Counted from the first letter of the stretch, positions 10,432 to 22,125 are shown. The stretch is 32,000 nucleotides of DNA from Deinococcus radiodurans R1 = ATCC 13939 = DSM 20539 (GCF_000008565.1 NC_001263.1:1668602-1700601); one strand, 5' to 3'. The notes: generated from the sequence alone by a model not told the origin. Numbers and translations are program-made.

Positions 10432-11406
10432 ATGAAAGTTGCACTCCTCTCCCTTCTCACTCTGACCCTCGCCGCCAGTGCCCAGTCCCAGCAGGCCAAA
10501 GAGCTGCGGCTCGGCGTGTTTCCCAACGTGACCCACGCGGCGGGCCTGGTCGCCATCAACAAGGGCCTGATTCAAAAGGAACTCGGCAGCGGCGTGAAGC
10601 TGGTTGTCCGCGAATTTGCCAACGGCTCGCAGGTGAACGAGGCGCTGGCAGCGGGCGCCATTGACGCTTCCTACGTCGGCCCTGGCCCGGTCATGAACGC
10701 TTTCATGCGCGGCGTGCCGGTGCAGGTCTACGCGGGCGCGGCCAACGCGGGCGCGGTGCTCGTGGGCCGCAAGGACAGCGGGATTCGCAACGTGAAGGGC
10801 CTCGCCGGGAAAAAGGTCGCCGTGCCCACGCGCGGCTCGACCCAGGACATCAGCCTGCGCCACCTGCTGCACGAAAACGGCCTGAAGGCGAGCGACGAGG
10901 GCGGCAACGTGACCATCGTGCCGATTGACCCGGCCAACATGCCCGCCGCGTTCGTGGGCAAGCAGGTGGACGCCGCGCTGGTGCAGGAGCCCTGGGGCGC
11001 CATCATGGAAGGCCAGGGCGCCAAGCTCATCGTGAACGAAAAGGGCGTCTGGAACGGCGGCAACTACACCTCCACCGTACTCGTCGTGAACACCAAGTAC
11101 GCCGCTGCCAACCCGGAAACCGTCAAGGACCTGCTGCGCGGGCACCTCGCCGCCATCAATCTGATCAACAAGAGCAACGCCGGGGCGCAGAAGGCGATTT
11201 CGGACCAGATTTACGCCTTTACCGGCAAGCGTCCTAACAGCGCAGAACTGTTCAAGGCGCTGGCGCGCACCAAGGTCACCTGGGACATCAACCTGCAAAC
11301 ACTGGGCGAGTACGCGCAGCTCAACAAGGAAGCCGGTTTTGCCCGCGACGTGCCGGACCTGAACAAGTTCGTGGACCTGAGCGTGGTCAAGTCACTGGCC
11401 AAATAA
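10432..11406 (+). CDS. ABC transporter substrate-binding protein, NMT1/SsuA/TauA-like (NitT/TauT family)
   Basis: Signal peptide [18 protein letters not shown], then [42 protein letters not shown] and [22 protein letters not shown] moved the start from the track's 10393. Confidence 0.8.
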   Translation: MKVALLSLLTLTLAASAQSQQAKELRLGVFPNVTHAAGLVAINKGLIQKELGSGVKLVVREFANGSQVNEALAAGAIDASYVGPGPVMNAFMRGVPVQVYAGAANAGAVLVGRKDSGIRNVKGLAGKKVAVPTRGSTQDISLRHLLHENGLKASDEGGNVTIVPIDPANMPAAFVGKQVDAALVQEPWGAIMEGQGAKLIVNEKGVWNGGNYTSTVLVVNTKYAAANPETVKDLLRGHLAAINLINKSNAGAQKAISDQIYAFTGKRPNSAELFKALARTKVTWDINLQTLGEYAQLNKEAGFARDVPDLNKFVDLSVVKSLAK

Positions 11407-11425
11407 GCCGTAAGACCGCTGTGTG

Positions 11426-11457
11426 TCACGCCCTCCTACGCTGGGGGCGTGATTTTT
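11426..11457 (+). terminator. Intrinsic terminator after the binding-protein gene
   Basis: TCACGCCC (11426-11433), an 11-nt loop, GGGCGTGA (11445-11452), then TTTTT. Confidence 0.7.
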
Positions 11458-11480
11458 GTTGCCCCCACGAGGCCCTTTTA

Positions 11481-12980
11481 ATGCTCGCCCGCGCCCGCAG
11501 TGTGGCCCTGATCGGCGTGGACGCCGTGCCGGTGGAAGTCGAGGTGGACGTGTCGCCGGGGCTGCCGGCGTTTACAGTGGTCGGCTTGCCCGATCAGGCC
11601 GTCAGCGAGGCACGCGAACGGGTGCGGGCCGCCGTGCGGAACTCGGGACTGCCTTTTCCAGCGGCTAGAATTACGGTGAACCTCGCGCCCGCCGACTTGC
11701 GCAAAGAAGGCCCGCTGTACGACCTACCGATTGCGCTGGGGTTGCTCGCCGCGCAGGAACTGCTGCCGCAGGAAGCGCTGGAAGAAACGATTGTGGCCGG
11801 GGAACTCGCGCTGGACGGCAGCCTCCGACCCATCGCGGGAGCAGTCAATCTGGCGCTGCTGGCGGCGGGGCATGACCTCGAAGCCCTGCTGCCGGCGGGC
11901 AATGCGCAGGAGGCGGCACTCATCGAGGACGTGAGCGTGTTCGGCGCGGCCACCCTGCGCGAGGCGGTGGCGCATCTCAGCGGGGCGGCGCGGCTGCCGC
12001 TGACGCAGCCCGAAACGCCCGAGGACGACGCGGCGCTTTTTCCTGACCTCGGCGACCTCAAGGGCCAGACGGCGGCGCGGCGGGCGCTCGAAGTCGCGCT
12101 GGCGGGCGGGCACAACCTGCTCATGGTCGGCTCGCCCGGCTCCGGCAAGACCATGCTGGCGCGGCGGGCTCCGGGCCTATTACCTCCGCTGACCCGTGCC
12201 GAGGCGTTGGAAGTCACCCGGATTCACTCGGCGGCGGGGCTGCTGACCAGCCGGGGCAAGTTCAGCCGCCACGCGCCGTTCCGGGCGCCGCACCACACGG
12301 TGTCGGACGCGGGGCTAATCGGCGGGGGCAGCATTCCCAAGCCGGGGGAAGTGTCGCTGGCTCACCGGGGCCTGCTCTTTCTCGACGAGTTTCCCGAATT
12401 TTCGCGCAAGGCGCTGGAGACGCTGCGGCAGCCGCTGGAAGATGGCCGGGTGACCATCAGCCGGGCGCGGGCGACGGTGGAGTATCCCGCCCGTTTTCAA
12501 CTGCTGGCGGCCATGAACCCGTGTCCCTGTGGGCACTACGGCGACCCGGAAAAGCCCTGCACCTGCACGCCGAACGAGAGAACCCGCTACGCCGCCCGGC
12601 TGAGTGGCCCGCTGCTCGACCGCCTCGACCTGATCGTGAAGGTGCCCCGCCTGACGGTGGACGAGCTGACCCGCGCCCCGGAGCCGGAGACCTCCGCGCC
12701 GGTGCGGGAGCGCATTGCCGCCGCGCGTGAGCGAATGCTGGCGCGGCAGGGGGGCCGCAACAGCGACCTCGCCGGGCAGGCGCTGCGCGAACATGCGCCG
12801 CTGGCCGCCGGGCCGCTCGCCTTCGCGCAGGCCGCCGCCCGGCAACTGGGCCTCACCGGGCGCGGCTACGACCGGGTGCTGCGGTTGGCGCGCACGGTGG
12901 CCGACCTCGCGGGCAGTGACGAGATTCGGGAAGCACACCTTGCCGAAGCGGTGACGTACCGGCCACGGGAACTGGCGTAA
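11481..12980 (+). CDS. comM: YifB/ComM-family Mg-chelatase-like AAA+ ATPase
   Basis: N-terminus [25 protein letters not shown], Walker [22 protein letters not shown], the Cys cluster [18 protein letters not shown] and RLDL motifs. The start was moved to ATG 11481. Confidence 0.9.
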   Translation: MLARARSVALIGVDAVPVEVEVDVSPGLPAFTVVGLPDQAVSEARERVRAAVRNSGLPFPAARITVNLAPADLRKEGPLYDLPIALGLLAAQELLPQEALEETIVAGELALDGSLRPIAGAVNLALLAAGHDLEALLPAGNAQEAALIEDVSVFGAATLREAVAHLSGAARLPLTQPETPEDDAALFPDLGDLKGQTAARRALEVALAGGHNLLMVGSPGSGKTMLARRAPGLLPPLTRAEALEVTRIHSAAGLLTSRGKFSRHAPFRAPHHTVSDAGLIGGGSIPKPGEVSLAHRGLLFLDEFPEFSRKALETLRQPLEDGRVTISRARATVEYPARFQLLAAMNPCPCGHYGDPEKPCTCTPNERTRYAARLSGPLLDRLDLIVKVPRLTVDELTRAPEPETSAPVRERIAAARERMLARQGGRNSDLAGQALREHAPLAAGPLAFAQAAARQLGLTGRGYDRVLRLARTVADLAGSDEIREAHLAEAVTYRPRELA

Positions 12981-12984
12981 CGCT

Positions 12985-14016
12985 GTGTCCAGCCCACCGC
13001 CCCTGTCAACTTCGCCTTCTTTGCTGGGCGCGGTGGGCTTCCTGGCGTGTTTGATGTTCGCGCTGCTGGTGTGCTCTGGCTTCGCCCAGGCGCAGCTCAC
13101 CCCCTGGCTGGGCCTGGCCGGGAGCCTGTTGATTACGCTGGACACGCTCCGGCAGGTTGACAGGACCAAAAGGCAGCACCCGCTGTGGGGCAAGGACCCG
13201 CTTTATCCCCTGCTGCTCGGCCTGAATGCAACCCTGGCCCTGGCCTATCCACTTGCGCTGGCCGGGCTGGGGTTGCTGCTTTTCGGCCTGACCGAGTTGC
13301 TTACCAGGCCTGACCCGCTGCTGCTCGGCCTGAGTGCGCTGGCCCTGGCACCGCTGGGCTACGGGCTGCCCTGGGCTGTGGCAGCGTTCTCACGTCACCT
13401 CGACCCGGAGCCGCCGCAGCCGGACGACTTTGCCGTGGCCGGCGAAAGCGAGCGGGTCTGCGGGCTGGAAGTGAGCGCCGAGGGGCAGCTGTTCGTCGTC
13501 TGGGACAAAAACCGTGACCGCTGGCGGGGGGAGCCCAATGCTTACAGCGAAGCAGACGGAAGAGTCCGGCTTCCGGTGCGCGGAATTCGTCTTCCGGCGA
13601 ATAGGCGCGAAAAAAGCTTGCTGTGGGCGCTTTCCAGGGCGGTGGTCTGGCGGACATACGGTACCAAGCGGCGCAACCGAATTCACGCTCTTCCGCTGTA
13701 CCGGTTGGCCGACGGCGGTGAAGACACCGAACCGTATGTCCTGGTCAAGACCCGTTACGGCAAGTGGCAGCAGCGCAGCACTGGCGAGCGTTATGCGTCG
13801 CTGGCCGAGCTGCTGGTTGGCTGGGGGCTGGCGGTGCCGTACAACACGCAAACGAGTGCAGATTTGCCGGAAGTATTTCATGGCGAGGCCTTCAGCCCTT
13901 TTCTGAGCCGCGAGGAGGACGACCGGGTGCGCAGGCGGGAGCTGATGCGCGGCCTGCTGCTGCTGGTTGTCCTGGGTCTTTGGCTGCTGTGGCGTGGCGG
14001 TTTCCTCCAGCTCTAA
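12985..14016 (+). CDS. Hypothetical membrane protein (N-terminal TM bundle, basic soluble middle, C-terminal TM)
   Basis: 343-codon ORF whose GC3 bias is consistent with coding but weaker than its neighbours. Hydrophobic segments lie at the N-terminus, and LLLLVVLGLWLLW at the C-terminus. The GTG start at 12985 is uncertain (in-frame ATG at 13054). No family recognised. Confidence 0.5.
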   Translation: MSSPPPLSTSPSLLGAVGFLACLMFALLVCSGFAQAQLTPWLGLAGSLLITLDTLRQVDRTKRQHPLWGKDPLYPLLLGLNATLALAYPLALAGLGLLLFGLTELLTRPDPLLLGLSALALAPLGYGLPWAVAAFSRHLDPEPPQPDDFAVAGESERVCGLEVSAEGQLFVVWDKNRDRWRGEPNAYSEADGRVRLPVRGIRLPANRREKSLLWALSRAVVWRTYGTKRRNRIHALPLYRLADGGEDTEPYVLVKTRYGKWQQRSTGERYASLAELLVGWGLAVPYNTQTSADLPEVFHGEAFSPFLSREEDDRVRRRELMRGLLLLVVLGLWLLWRGGFLQL

Positions 14017-14132
14017 CACTATCTGACACTTCAGCCGCCGCTTTTTTTCTTTGCGCTGGGCAGAGGAGCACACCCAGAAAAATCCATCTAAAGGCGGACG
14101 CCCGGCGCGCGGCTTTCCCTGACTCTGCCAGC

Positions 14133-15188
14133 ATGTTGAGAACCGCTTTCGTGCTGACGGCTGGGCTTCTCTCTGCGGCACTGGCCGTTTCAAACAGCTT
14201 GACGGTGTGGCTGCCGGAGCAGGGGCAGACGGCGACATTAAGCAGCCAGGGACTGACAGCGGCGGATGGCGGGCGCATCGTCCTTAACCGCCCCGCGTAC
14301 GATTTGCCGTTTGAGCGGCCTATCTCCGGCGGCTTCGTGCGACTGACTCCGGCGGGTAAAACTGACCCCGCCCGGCTGGAAGTGGTGCAGGGCGGCAAGG
14401 TGACGGCCTCGCGGACTTTTCCCGAAGCGCGGTATGGCGCCAGGTTGCAGGGGACGGAACGAGGCCCCTGCGTGAGCTCTACGGAGACAGACAGTGACAA
14501 GAGCATCACCCGCTGCTTTGCGCCCGACCTGAAAACGGAGTGGGTCAAGTTGCCCGGCCAGCCGTTTCTTAGCGCTAGCGGGAAAGTGGCTTACACCATT
14601 CTGACGGATTGGAAGCTGGAAAAACCTGCCGGTGACGATGTAGACGTCATTCGCCGTGACCTTGGCACAGGCGAGGAAGTGACCCTGAGCTACCGCGTGC
14701 CACTTCCCGGTCAGACTTTGGTGGTGCCCTCCGGGATGTCTGACCCGATTGACCGCCGCGCCACTCTCGGGCTGGCTGCCGAACTGCCCGGCGAGCGTTA
14801 CCTCGTTTGCGCCAACACGACCATTCCCAAAGACCCTTGCCGCCTGGACATCGTTGACCGCGACTTCAAGAAGCTCTTGAGCCTGCAAGGCAACGCTTAT
14901 ATTCATCTGCCGCAGGCCACCAAAGACGGCAGCAAAGTCTTCTATTTGGGCAACACCCTGCAAGTCTGGGACGCCTACACCGGCAAACGCCTGAGCAGCA
15001 TTCACGACCCGCTGTGGGAGAAAAACAGGCAAATCCCGCTGCATGCTTACCTGACGCCCGACAGCACGCAGGCGGCGATTCTGACTGCCGGCATCAAAAA
15101 CGGCTGGCCTGACTCCAACAAAATGACGGCTTACCTCTACCGCCTGAGCGACAGCAAATTACTCGGTAGCTTTGCGGTGAAGCCATAA
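14133..15188 (+). CDS. Hypothetical secreted protein (possible beta-propeller-like repeats)
   Basis: ATG 14133 gives the signal peptide MLRTAFVLTAGLLSAALAVS. I reject the track's upstream extension (13764) because it overlaps the previous gene and is Ala/Arg/Gly junk. No family recognised. Confidence 0.55.
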   Translation: MLRTAFVLTAGLLSAALAVSNSLTVWLPEQGQTATLSSQGLTAADGGRIVLNRPAYDLPFERPISGGFVRLTPAGKTDPARLEVVQGGKVTASRTFPEARYGARLQGTERGPCVSSTETDSDKSITRCFAPDLKTEWVKLPGQPFLSASGKVAYTILTDWKLEKPAGDDVDVIRRDLGTGEEVTLSYRVPLPGQTLVVPSGMSDPIDRRATLGLAAELPGERYLVCANTTIPKDPCRLDIVDRDFKKLLSLQGNAYIHLPQATKDGSKVFYLGNTLQVWDAYTGKRLSSIHDPLWEKNRQIPLHAYLTPDSTQAAILTAGIKNGWPDSNKMTAYLYRLSDSKLLGSFAVKP

Positions 15189-15214
15189 AAAACCCCCTCC
15201 AGGGAGGAAGGGGG
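15187..15214 (-). terminator. Intrinsic terminator for the M3 peptidase gene (hairpin shared with the convergent plus-strand gene)
   Basis: CCCCCT (15193-15198) pairs with AGGGGG (15209-15214). On the minus strand the hairpin is followed by TTTTTT (15192-15187). Confidence 0.6.
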
Positions 15215-15229
15215 AAAGAGCGTTAAGGT

Positions 15230-17287
<2,058 letters not shown>

Positions 17288-17295
17288 CGGGGACG

Positions 17296-17301
17296 AGTAT
17301 A
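17296..17301 (-). promoter_or_regulatory. -10 box TATACT, 8 nt upstream of ATG 17287 (leaderless-type promoter)
   Basis: Minus strand GGCCTATACT-CGTCCCCG-ATG. No SD. Confidence 0.45.
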
Positions 17302-17373
17302 GGCCGGGAAGCTCAGGGACCGCTCAGCCGGGTGGCGTATGGACGGGGCGCCGTGGCGCTGCTCAACTGGTGC

Positions 17374-18387
17374 ATGGAGACGCCCCTTCCCCACCTGCCC
17401 GGCGTGGACTTCCGGCCCGCCGCGCCCGACGATTTGCCGCAACTCGCCGCACTTTTGAACGCGGCGCACCCGCAGTCGCCCACGACGCCCGAAGACATCC
17501 GGCGCCTGGATGCTCTGCGGCAGCCCGGCGAGGCGTTTGGGCGCACCCTGGCCCTGCGCGGCGGCGAACTCGTCGGCCTGGCGGAAACGGCGGTGCCACG
17601 CTCCGAGAACTACCCCGGCTGGTTTCTCGTCGAGGTGGCCGTGCAACCGGGAGAATGGGATGGCCCCCTGCCCGCCACGTTGCTGTGGCACGCCGAGGCG
17701 TTTGCCCTCGCGCACGGCGGCCACACGCTGCTGACGCGGGTGAAGGAAAGCTGGCCGGAGAAGAGGCTGTACGAGGCGCACGGGTACGCCGAGCATGACC
17801 GGCTGTGGAATAGTGTGCTGGACCTGCGGACGCTCGATTTCGGACTCTTCCCCGCGCCGGAAAGGACGGCAGCGGCGGCGGGCGTAACCATTCGCACCCT
17901 GAGTGAGCTGGGCGGGCTGGACACCGAAGCGCAGCAGCGCAAACTCTACGCGCTGTTTCACGCCCTGCTGAGCGACGTGCCGAGCGCCACGCCGATCAAA
18001 GTTTGGCCCTTCGAGCTCTGGCAACAGCGCTACGTGCCTCACCTGAAGCACCCCGAAGGCGTGTTCCTGGCCGTGACCCCGGACGATAAGTGGGCCGGCC
18101 TGACCGAGTTGCATACCCCACGCGCCGCGCAGCCGCAGATGCTGCAAAACGGCCTGACCGGGGTGCGCCGCGAGTGGCGGGGGCGCGGGCTGGGGCTGGC
18201 GCTCAAGCTGGTCGCCGCCCGCGCCGGGCTGGAACGGGGCTTTACCCACGCCCGCACCAATAATCACAGCGTGAACCGGCCCATGCTGGGTATCAACGAG
18301 ACGCTGGGCTTCATGCGCGACGAAGCGACGGTGACGCTGAAACGCGAAGCTCCGCCGCTCACTGTTCAAGCACCGCACAACGGTTAA
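17374..18387 (+). CDS. GNAT-family N-acetyltransferase with two tandem GNAT-like halves
   Basis: The second half carries the acetyl-CoA loop VRREWRGRGLGLALK. The first half has a GNAT-like beta-strand pattern. I prefer ATG 17374 to the track's GTG 17281, which would overlap the divergent peptidase gene. Confidence 0.75.
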   Translation: METPLPHLPGVDFRPAAPDDLPQLAALLNAAHPQSPTTPEDIRRLDALRQPGEAFGRTLALRGGELVGLAETAVPRSENYPGWFLVEVAVQPGEWDGPLPATLLWHAEAFALAHGGHTLLTRVKESWPEKRLYEAHGYAEHDRLWNSVLDLRTLDFGLFPAPERTAAAAGVTIRTLSELGGLDTEAQQRKLYALFHALLSDVPSATPIKVWPFELWQQRYVPHLKHPEGVFLAVTPDDKWAGLTELHTPRAAQPQMLQNGLTGVRREWRGRGLGLALKLVAARAGLERGFTHARTNNHSVNRPMLGINETLGFMRDEATVTLKREAPPLTVQAPHNG

Positions 18388-18446
18388 GAAGCTCTGCATT
18401 GCACTGTCCCCCCACTGGGTGCTAGGCAGACACATCGTCAGCCGCC

Positions 18447-18452
18447 TACACT
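18447..18452 (+). promoter_or_regulatory. -10 box TACACT upstream of the spoVS-like gene
   Basis: TAGGCA (18423-18428), an 18-nt spacer, then TACACT. GGAGG at 18467-18471 follows. Confidence 0.35.
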
Positions 18453-18464
18453 GTCGCCCAGCCT

Positions 18465-18770
18465 GTGGAGGCGACCTTGCAACCCCCTGTCCCCGAAATC
18501 CTGAAAGTCTCTGCCGATTCGCGTCCTCATTCGGTGGCCGGTGCCATCGCCGCGCTGCTGCGCTCGCAGGGGCGGGTGGAGGTGCAGGCCATCGGCCCGG
18601 CGGCGGTCAACCAGGCGGTCAAGGCGCTCGCCATCGCACGGGGCTACCTCACCGAGGACGGCCTCGACCTCAGCACCCAGCCGGCCTTCGTCAAACTCGA
18701 AGTCGAGCAGGAGGAGCGCACCGCCATCAAGCTCGGGGTCTACGCCTACCGCCTGACGGACGTACAGTAA
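18465..18770 (+). CDS. spoVS: SpoVS-family protein (stage V sporulation protein S homologue)
   Basis: EILKVSADSRPHSVAGAIAALLR...VEVQAIGPAAVNQAVKALAIARGYL...ERTAIKL closely parallels Bacillus SpoVS as I remember it. The real start may be TTG 18477, which lies 5 nt after GGAGG, rather than GTG 18465. Confidence 0.85.
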   Translation: MEATLQPPVPEILKVSADSRPHSVAGAIAALLRSQGRVEVQAIGPAAVNQAVKALAIARGYLTEDGLDLSTQPAFVKLEVEQEERTAIKLGVYAYRLTDVQ

Positions 18771-18781
18771 AAGGCACAAAA

Positions 18782-18819
18782 ACCGCCCGGAGCCGCTGCT
18801 TTGGCGGTCTCCGGGCGGT
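18782..18819 (-). terminator. Strong hairpin terminator between the convergent spoVS-like and tdh genes
   Basis: 11-bp stem ACCGCCCGGAG/CTCCGGGCGGT (18782-18792 and 18809-18819). On the minus strand it is followed by TTTTTGTGCCTTTT. The plus-strand side has no T-run. Confidence 0.75.
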
Positions 18820-18831
18820 CTGCCTCCAAGC

Positions 18832-19878
<1,047 letters not shown>

Positions 19879-20108
19879 CCGGGCAGGGGTGGGGGCGGTG
19901 GTCGTGGTCGGGCTGGAAGTTGCGGTCGAGCTGGGAGAAGTCACGACTTCACGTTGTACGCTGCTCGCCCGCCCGGCTGCAAGCGGCGCGGGGGTGGCCG
20001 GAGTCCCGACCGGCTGGACAGCGTGAAAGTCCCATCAGAAGGGCAGCATCAGTGAAGACTTGAACACTTCCATAAGCCGCCCTGCGCCCGTCCTCCCTGC
20101 CGAGCGCT

Positions 20109-20114
20109 TAGGCT
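20109..20114 (+). promoter_or_regulatory. Possible -10 TAGGCT, 6 nt upstream of ATG 20121
   Basis: GCTTAGGCT-GGAGGC-ATG. The GGAGG is only 1 nt from the ATG, too close for a normal SD, so leaderless geometry is the better fit. Confidence 0.25.
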
Positions 20115-20120
20115 GGAGGC

Positions 20121-20261
20121 ATGATCAAGTACCGTAAGCAAAACGCTCTGGAGCCCGAGAAAGACGCCGAGATCACCCTCAACTTGACCCCGCTGCTGTT
20201 TTTCACAGTCGGCTACGTCGCCATGAAGGCGCTGCTGGGCAGCGTGCGCCGCCTGAGCTGA
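20121..20261 (+). CDS. Small hypothetical membrane protein, 46 aa (absent from the ORF track)
   Basis: MIKYRKQNALEPEKDAEITLNLTPLLFFTVGYVAMKALLGSVRRLS*. The codons are strongly G/C-ending, there is one predicted TM helix, and the gene lies in the same orientation as the next one. Confidence 0.4.
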   Translation: MIKYRKQNALEPEKDAEITLNLTPLLFFTVGYVAMKALLGSVRRLS

Positions 20262-20355
20262 GCGGCTCCCCTCCCCCGGCGGCCCCATTTCGTGCTGAAG
20301 CGGGCCGCTTCCTGCTGTCTGTCTCCTGACAGGCGGGTGCGCTAAGGTGTGCTTT

Positions 20356-20808
20356 ATGACCAATCCTCCTCAGACTCCGCAGCAGCCGCAGCAGTTCAAG
20401 AGCGTGCAGAGCAACCGTTTCGTGGTCCCCGGCTGGACCGGACTGGTCCCCGGCAAGCCCGATACCATCGAAATTCAGTTCGACGTGGACCCCGGCGACC
20501 TGAAGCGCGAGAACGGCTGCCTCCTCATCGAGTACTGGGCCACCCCCGACGACCTGACCCTTCAGAGCGTGCTGCCGATTCGCGCCTTCAACACCGCCAA
20601 GGAAGAAGGCGCCGGCTGGTGCGTGTTCGTGCCCGCGCAGGGCCGCGTGCTGGTGCGCGCGCTCGACCCCCAGCCCAACCCCCCGATTCTGGCGAGTCAC
20701 TGGATCAACGTGGACCCCGAAACGGTCCCCGGCACCACGGTCAACGTGAACGTCAACTTCCCCGACCCCCAGCCCACGACCAGCCAGAACCTGCAACTCA
20801 ACAGCTGA
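20356..20808 (+). CDS. Hypothetical protein, 150 aa (Pro/Gln-rich ends, beta-rich core)
   Basis: ATG 20356 follows AAGGTG. Codon usage is strongly GC3-biased and amino-acid composition is balanced. The overlapping minus-strand ORF 20203-20796 is Gly/Arg/Ala junk. Confidence 0.65.
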   Translation: MTNPPQTPQQPQQFKSVQSNRFVVPGWTGLVPGKPDTIEIQFDVDPGDLKRENGCLLIEYWATPDDLTLQSVLPIRAFNTAKEEGAGWCVFVPAQGRVLVRALDPQPNPPILASHWINVDPETVPGTTVNVNVNFPDPQPTTSQNLQLNS

Positions 20809-20823
20809 AGTTCCTCTGAACTG

Positions 20824-20853
20824 ACCGCCGCCCCGCCTGTGGGCGGTTTTTTA
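20824..20853 (+). terminator. Intrinsic terminator after the 150-aa gene
   Basis: ACCGCC (20824-20829) or CCGCCC (20828-20833) pairs with GGGCGGT (20841-20847), followed by TTTTTT. The T-run overlaps the mqnB stop codon. Confidence 0.65.
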
Positions 20854-21504
20854 TTGCTTCCCAACCCCCAGCATCACTTCTAGCCCGCGCCGGGTGGCCG
20901 CCAGTGCCTCGCCGATGCGCCAGCTCGCGCGGTCACGCGGGCCGACGGCGTTGCTGACGCCGCGCAGTTCCAGGGCGGGCACCCCAGCAAGCAGGGCAGC
21001 GTGGGCAACCCCGGCGCCTTCCATCCCCTCGGTCAGCGCGCCGGGAAAGCGAGTTTCCCAGGTCACGGCCTCGGTAGCACTGGCGGTCACAGTGGAGAGG
21101 GTCAGCATAGGCCCAAAGGCCGCTCCCGCACGCTGGGCCAGGTCGGCGGCGCCCTTCCAGGCGGCAAAGTGCCCAAAGTGGGCCGCGTCTGGGCGCACGC
21201 TCAGGCCCAGGTCTTCCAGCCCCAGCCAGGTCGCGCCGTCCTGGGTGCCGAGGTCGGCCTGGATGAGGTCGCTCGACACAGCGAGGGCGCCCGGCCCCAA
21301 CCCGCTGCCCGGATATGCCCCAGCGATGCCCGCACTTACGGCGAGGTCGTAGGACCCGGCCTGGAGTGCCGCCGCTGTTGCCAGAGCCGCCGCGACTGGT
21401 CCTACCCCGCTGACGACCACCTCGGCAGGCAAATCGCGCAGGCGCTCGGCCTCGGCAGTGGTAGCAACGACGATGAGGACGCGGCGGGGCAGGGAAAAAG
21501 GCAT
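20851..21504 (-). CDS. mqnB: Futalosine hydrolase (nucleoside phosphorylase superfamily), menaquinone futalosine pathway
   Basis: 217 aa: VLIVVATTAEAE...VVSGVGPVAAA...AVSAGIAGAY...TEGMEGAGVAHAALLAGVPALELRGVSNAVGPRDRASW. Confidence 0.75.
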   Translation of the reverse strand: MPFSLPRRVLIVVATTAEAERLRDLPAEVVVSGVGPVAAALATAAALQAGSYDLAVSAGIAGAYPGSGLGPGALAVSSDLIQADLGTQDGATWLGLEDLGLSVRPDAAHFGHFAAWKGAADLAQRAGAAFGPMLTLSTVTASATEAVTWETRFPGALTEGMEGAGVAHAALLAGVPALELRGVSNAVGPRDRASWRIGEALAATRRGLEVMLGVGKQ

Positions 21505-21570
21505 GGGCGCAGGGTGCCACGCGGCAGGCCGGTTGCCAAGCGCGGACCCACGTCAAGCTCGGGCAGGGGC

Positions 21571-21576
21571 TACACT
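21571..21576 (+). promoter_or_regulatory. -10 box TACACT, 5/8 nt upstream of GTG 21582 / ATG 21585
   Basis: GGCTACACT-CTGGG-GTGATG. No SD. Confidence 0.35.
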
Positions 21577-21581
21577 CTGGG

Positions 21582-22040
21582 GTGATGTTGCTGTCTGCCG
21601 TTTATCTGGTCATTACCGCTCTGGCCGTGCTGCTCCTGCTCGCTTTTTTGCTGCGGGGCGGCGTGGCGCGGCCCATGACGGTGTGGGGCCTGTCGGCGCT
21701 GCTGCCGCTGCTTGCCGCGCTCAGTGTGGCCCTGACCAGCCAGGCGCGGGCCACCCAGACCCTGGCGTCGTACCACCCGCAAAGTGTGCCCGTGGTGGTC
21801 GAGACGGCGGGCGAGCAGTACGACGCGGTGCTCAGCGCCCGGCAGGCGGCCTGCCTCGAACGCGCCAAGCGCTTGCAGATCGACACCGATTTCCGCGCCG
21901 AAAAAGACAGCGAGCCGATTCCCCTGCGGAAAGGGTCGCAGGTGACCGGCGAGCTGCCCACTCAGGCGGTGGTCGAGGCCCTCGGGGTGAAAGGCCAGTT
22001 GAACTGCCCCGAGTTCCGGCATGTGGTGACGAAGAAATAA
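21582..22040 (+). CDS. Hypothetical membrane-anchored protein (two N-terminal TM helices)
   Basis: MMLLSAVYLVITALAVLLLLAFLL...WGLSALLPLLAALSVAL, then a soluble tail. GC3-biased codons. The start is GTG 21582 or ATG 21585. Confidence 0.6.
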   Translation: MMLLSAVYLVITALAVLLLLAFLLRGGVARPMTVWGLSALLPLLAALSVALTSQARATQTLASYHPQSVPVVVETAGEQYDAVLSARQAACLERAKRLQIDTDFRAEKDSEPIPLRKGSQVTGELPTQAVVEALGVKGQLNCPEFRHVVTKK

Positions 22041-22069
22041 CGGGAGACCGTCCGGTGGCCCTGACTACA

Positions 22070-22096
22070 GGGGTCTTTACCCGGGATGCAGACCCC
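22070..22096. terminator. Hairpin without a U-tract between convergent genes (possible terminator)
   Basis: GGGGTCT (22070-22076), a 13-nt loop containing CCCGGG, then AGACCCC (22090-22096). There is no T-run on either strand. Confidence 0.25.
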
Positions 22097-22125
22097 CAGG
22101 CCATCTCCCCTCACCTCTCCCATCC

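Noticed and set aside
13764-14132. Upstream 123-codon extension of the 14133-15188 ORF
   Set aside because: It overlaps the preceding gene by about 250 nt and has Ala/Gly/Arg-rich junk composition. A canonical signal peptide begins at ATG 14133.
20203-20796. 197-aa minus-strand ORF overlapping the 150-aa plus-strand gene
   Set aside because: The plus frame has strong GC3 codon bias, balanced composition and a downstream terminator. The minus frame is Gly/Ala/Arg/His-rich.
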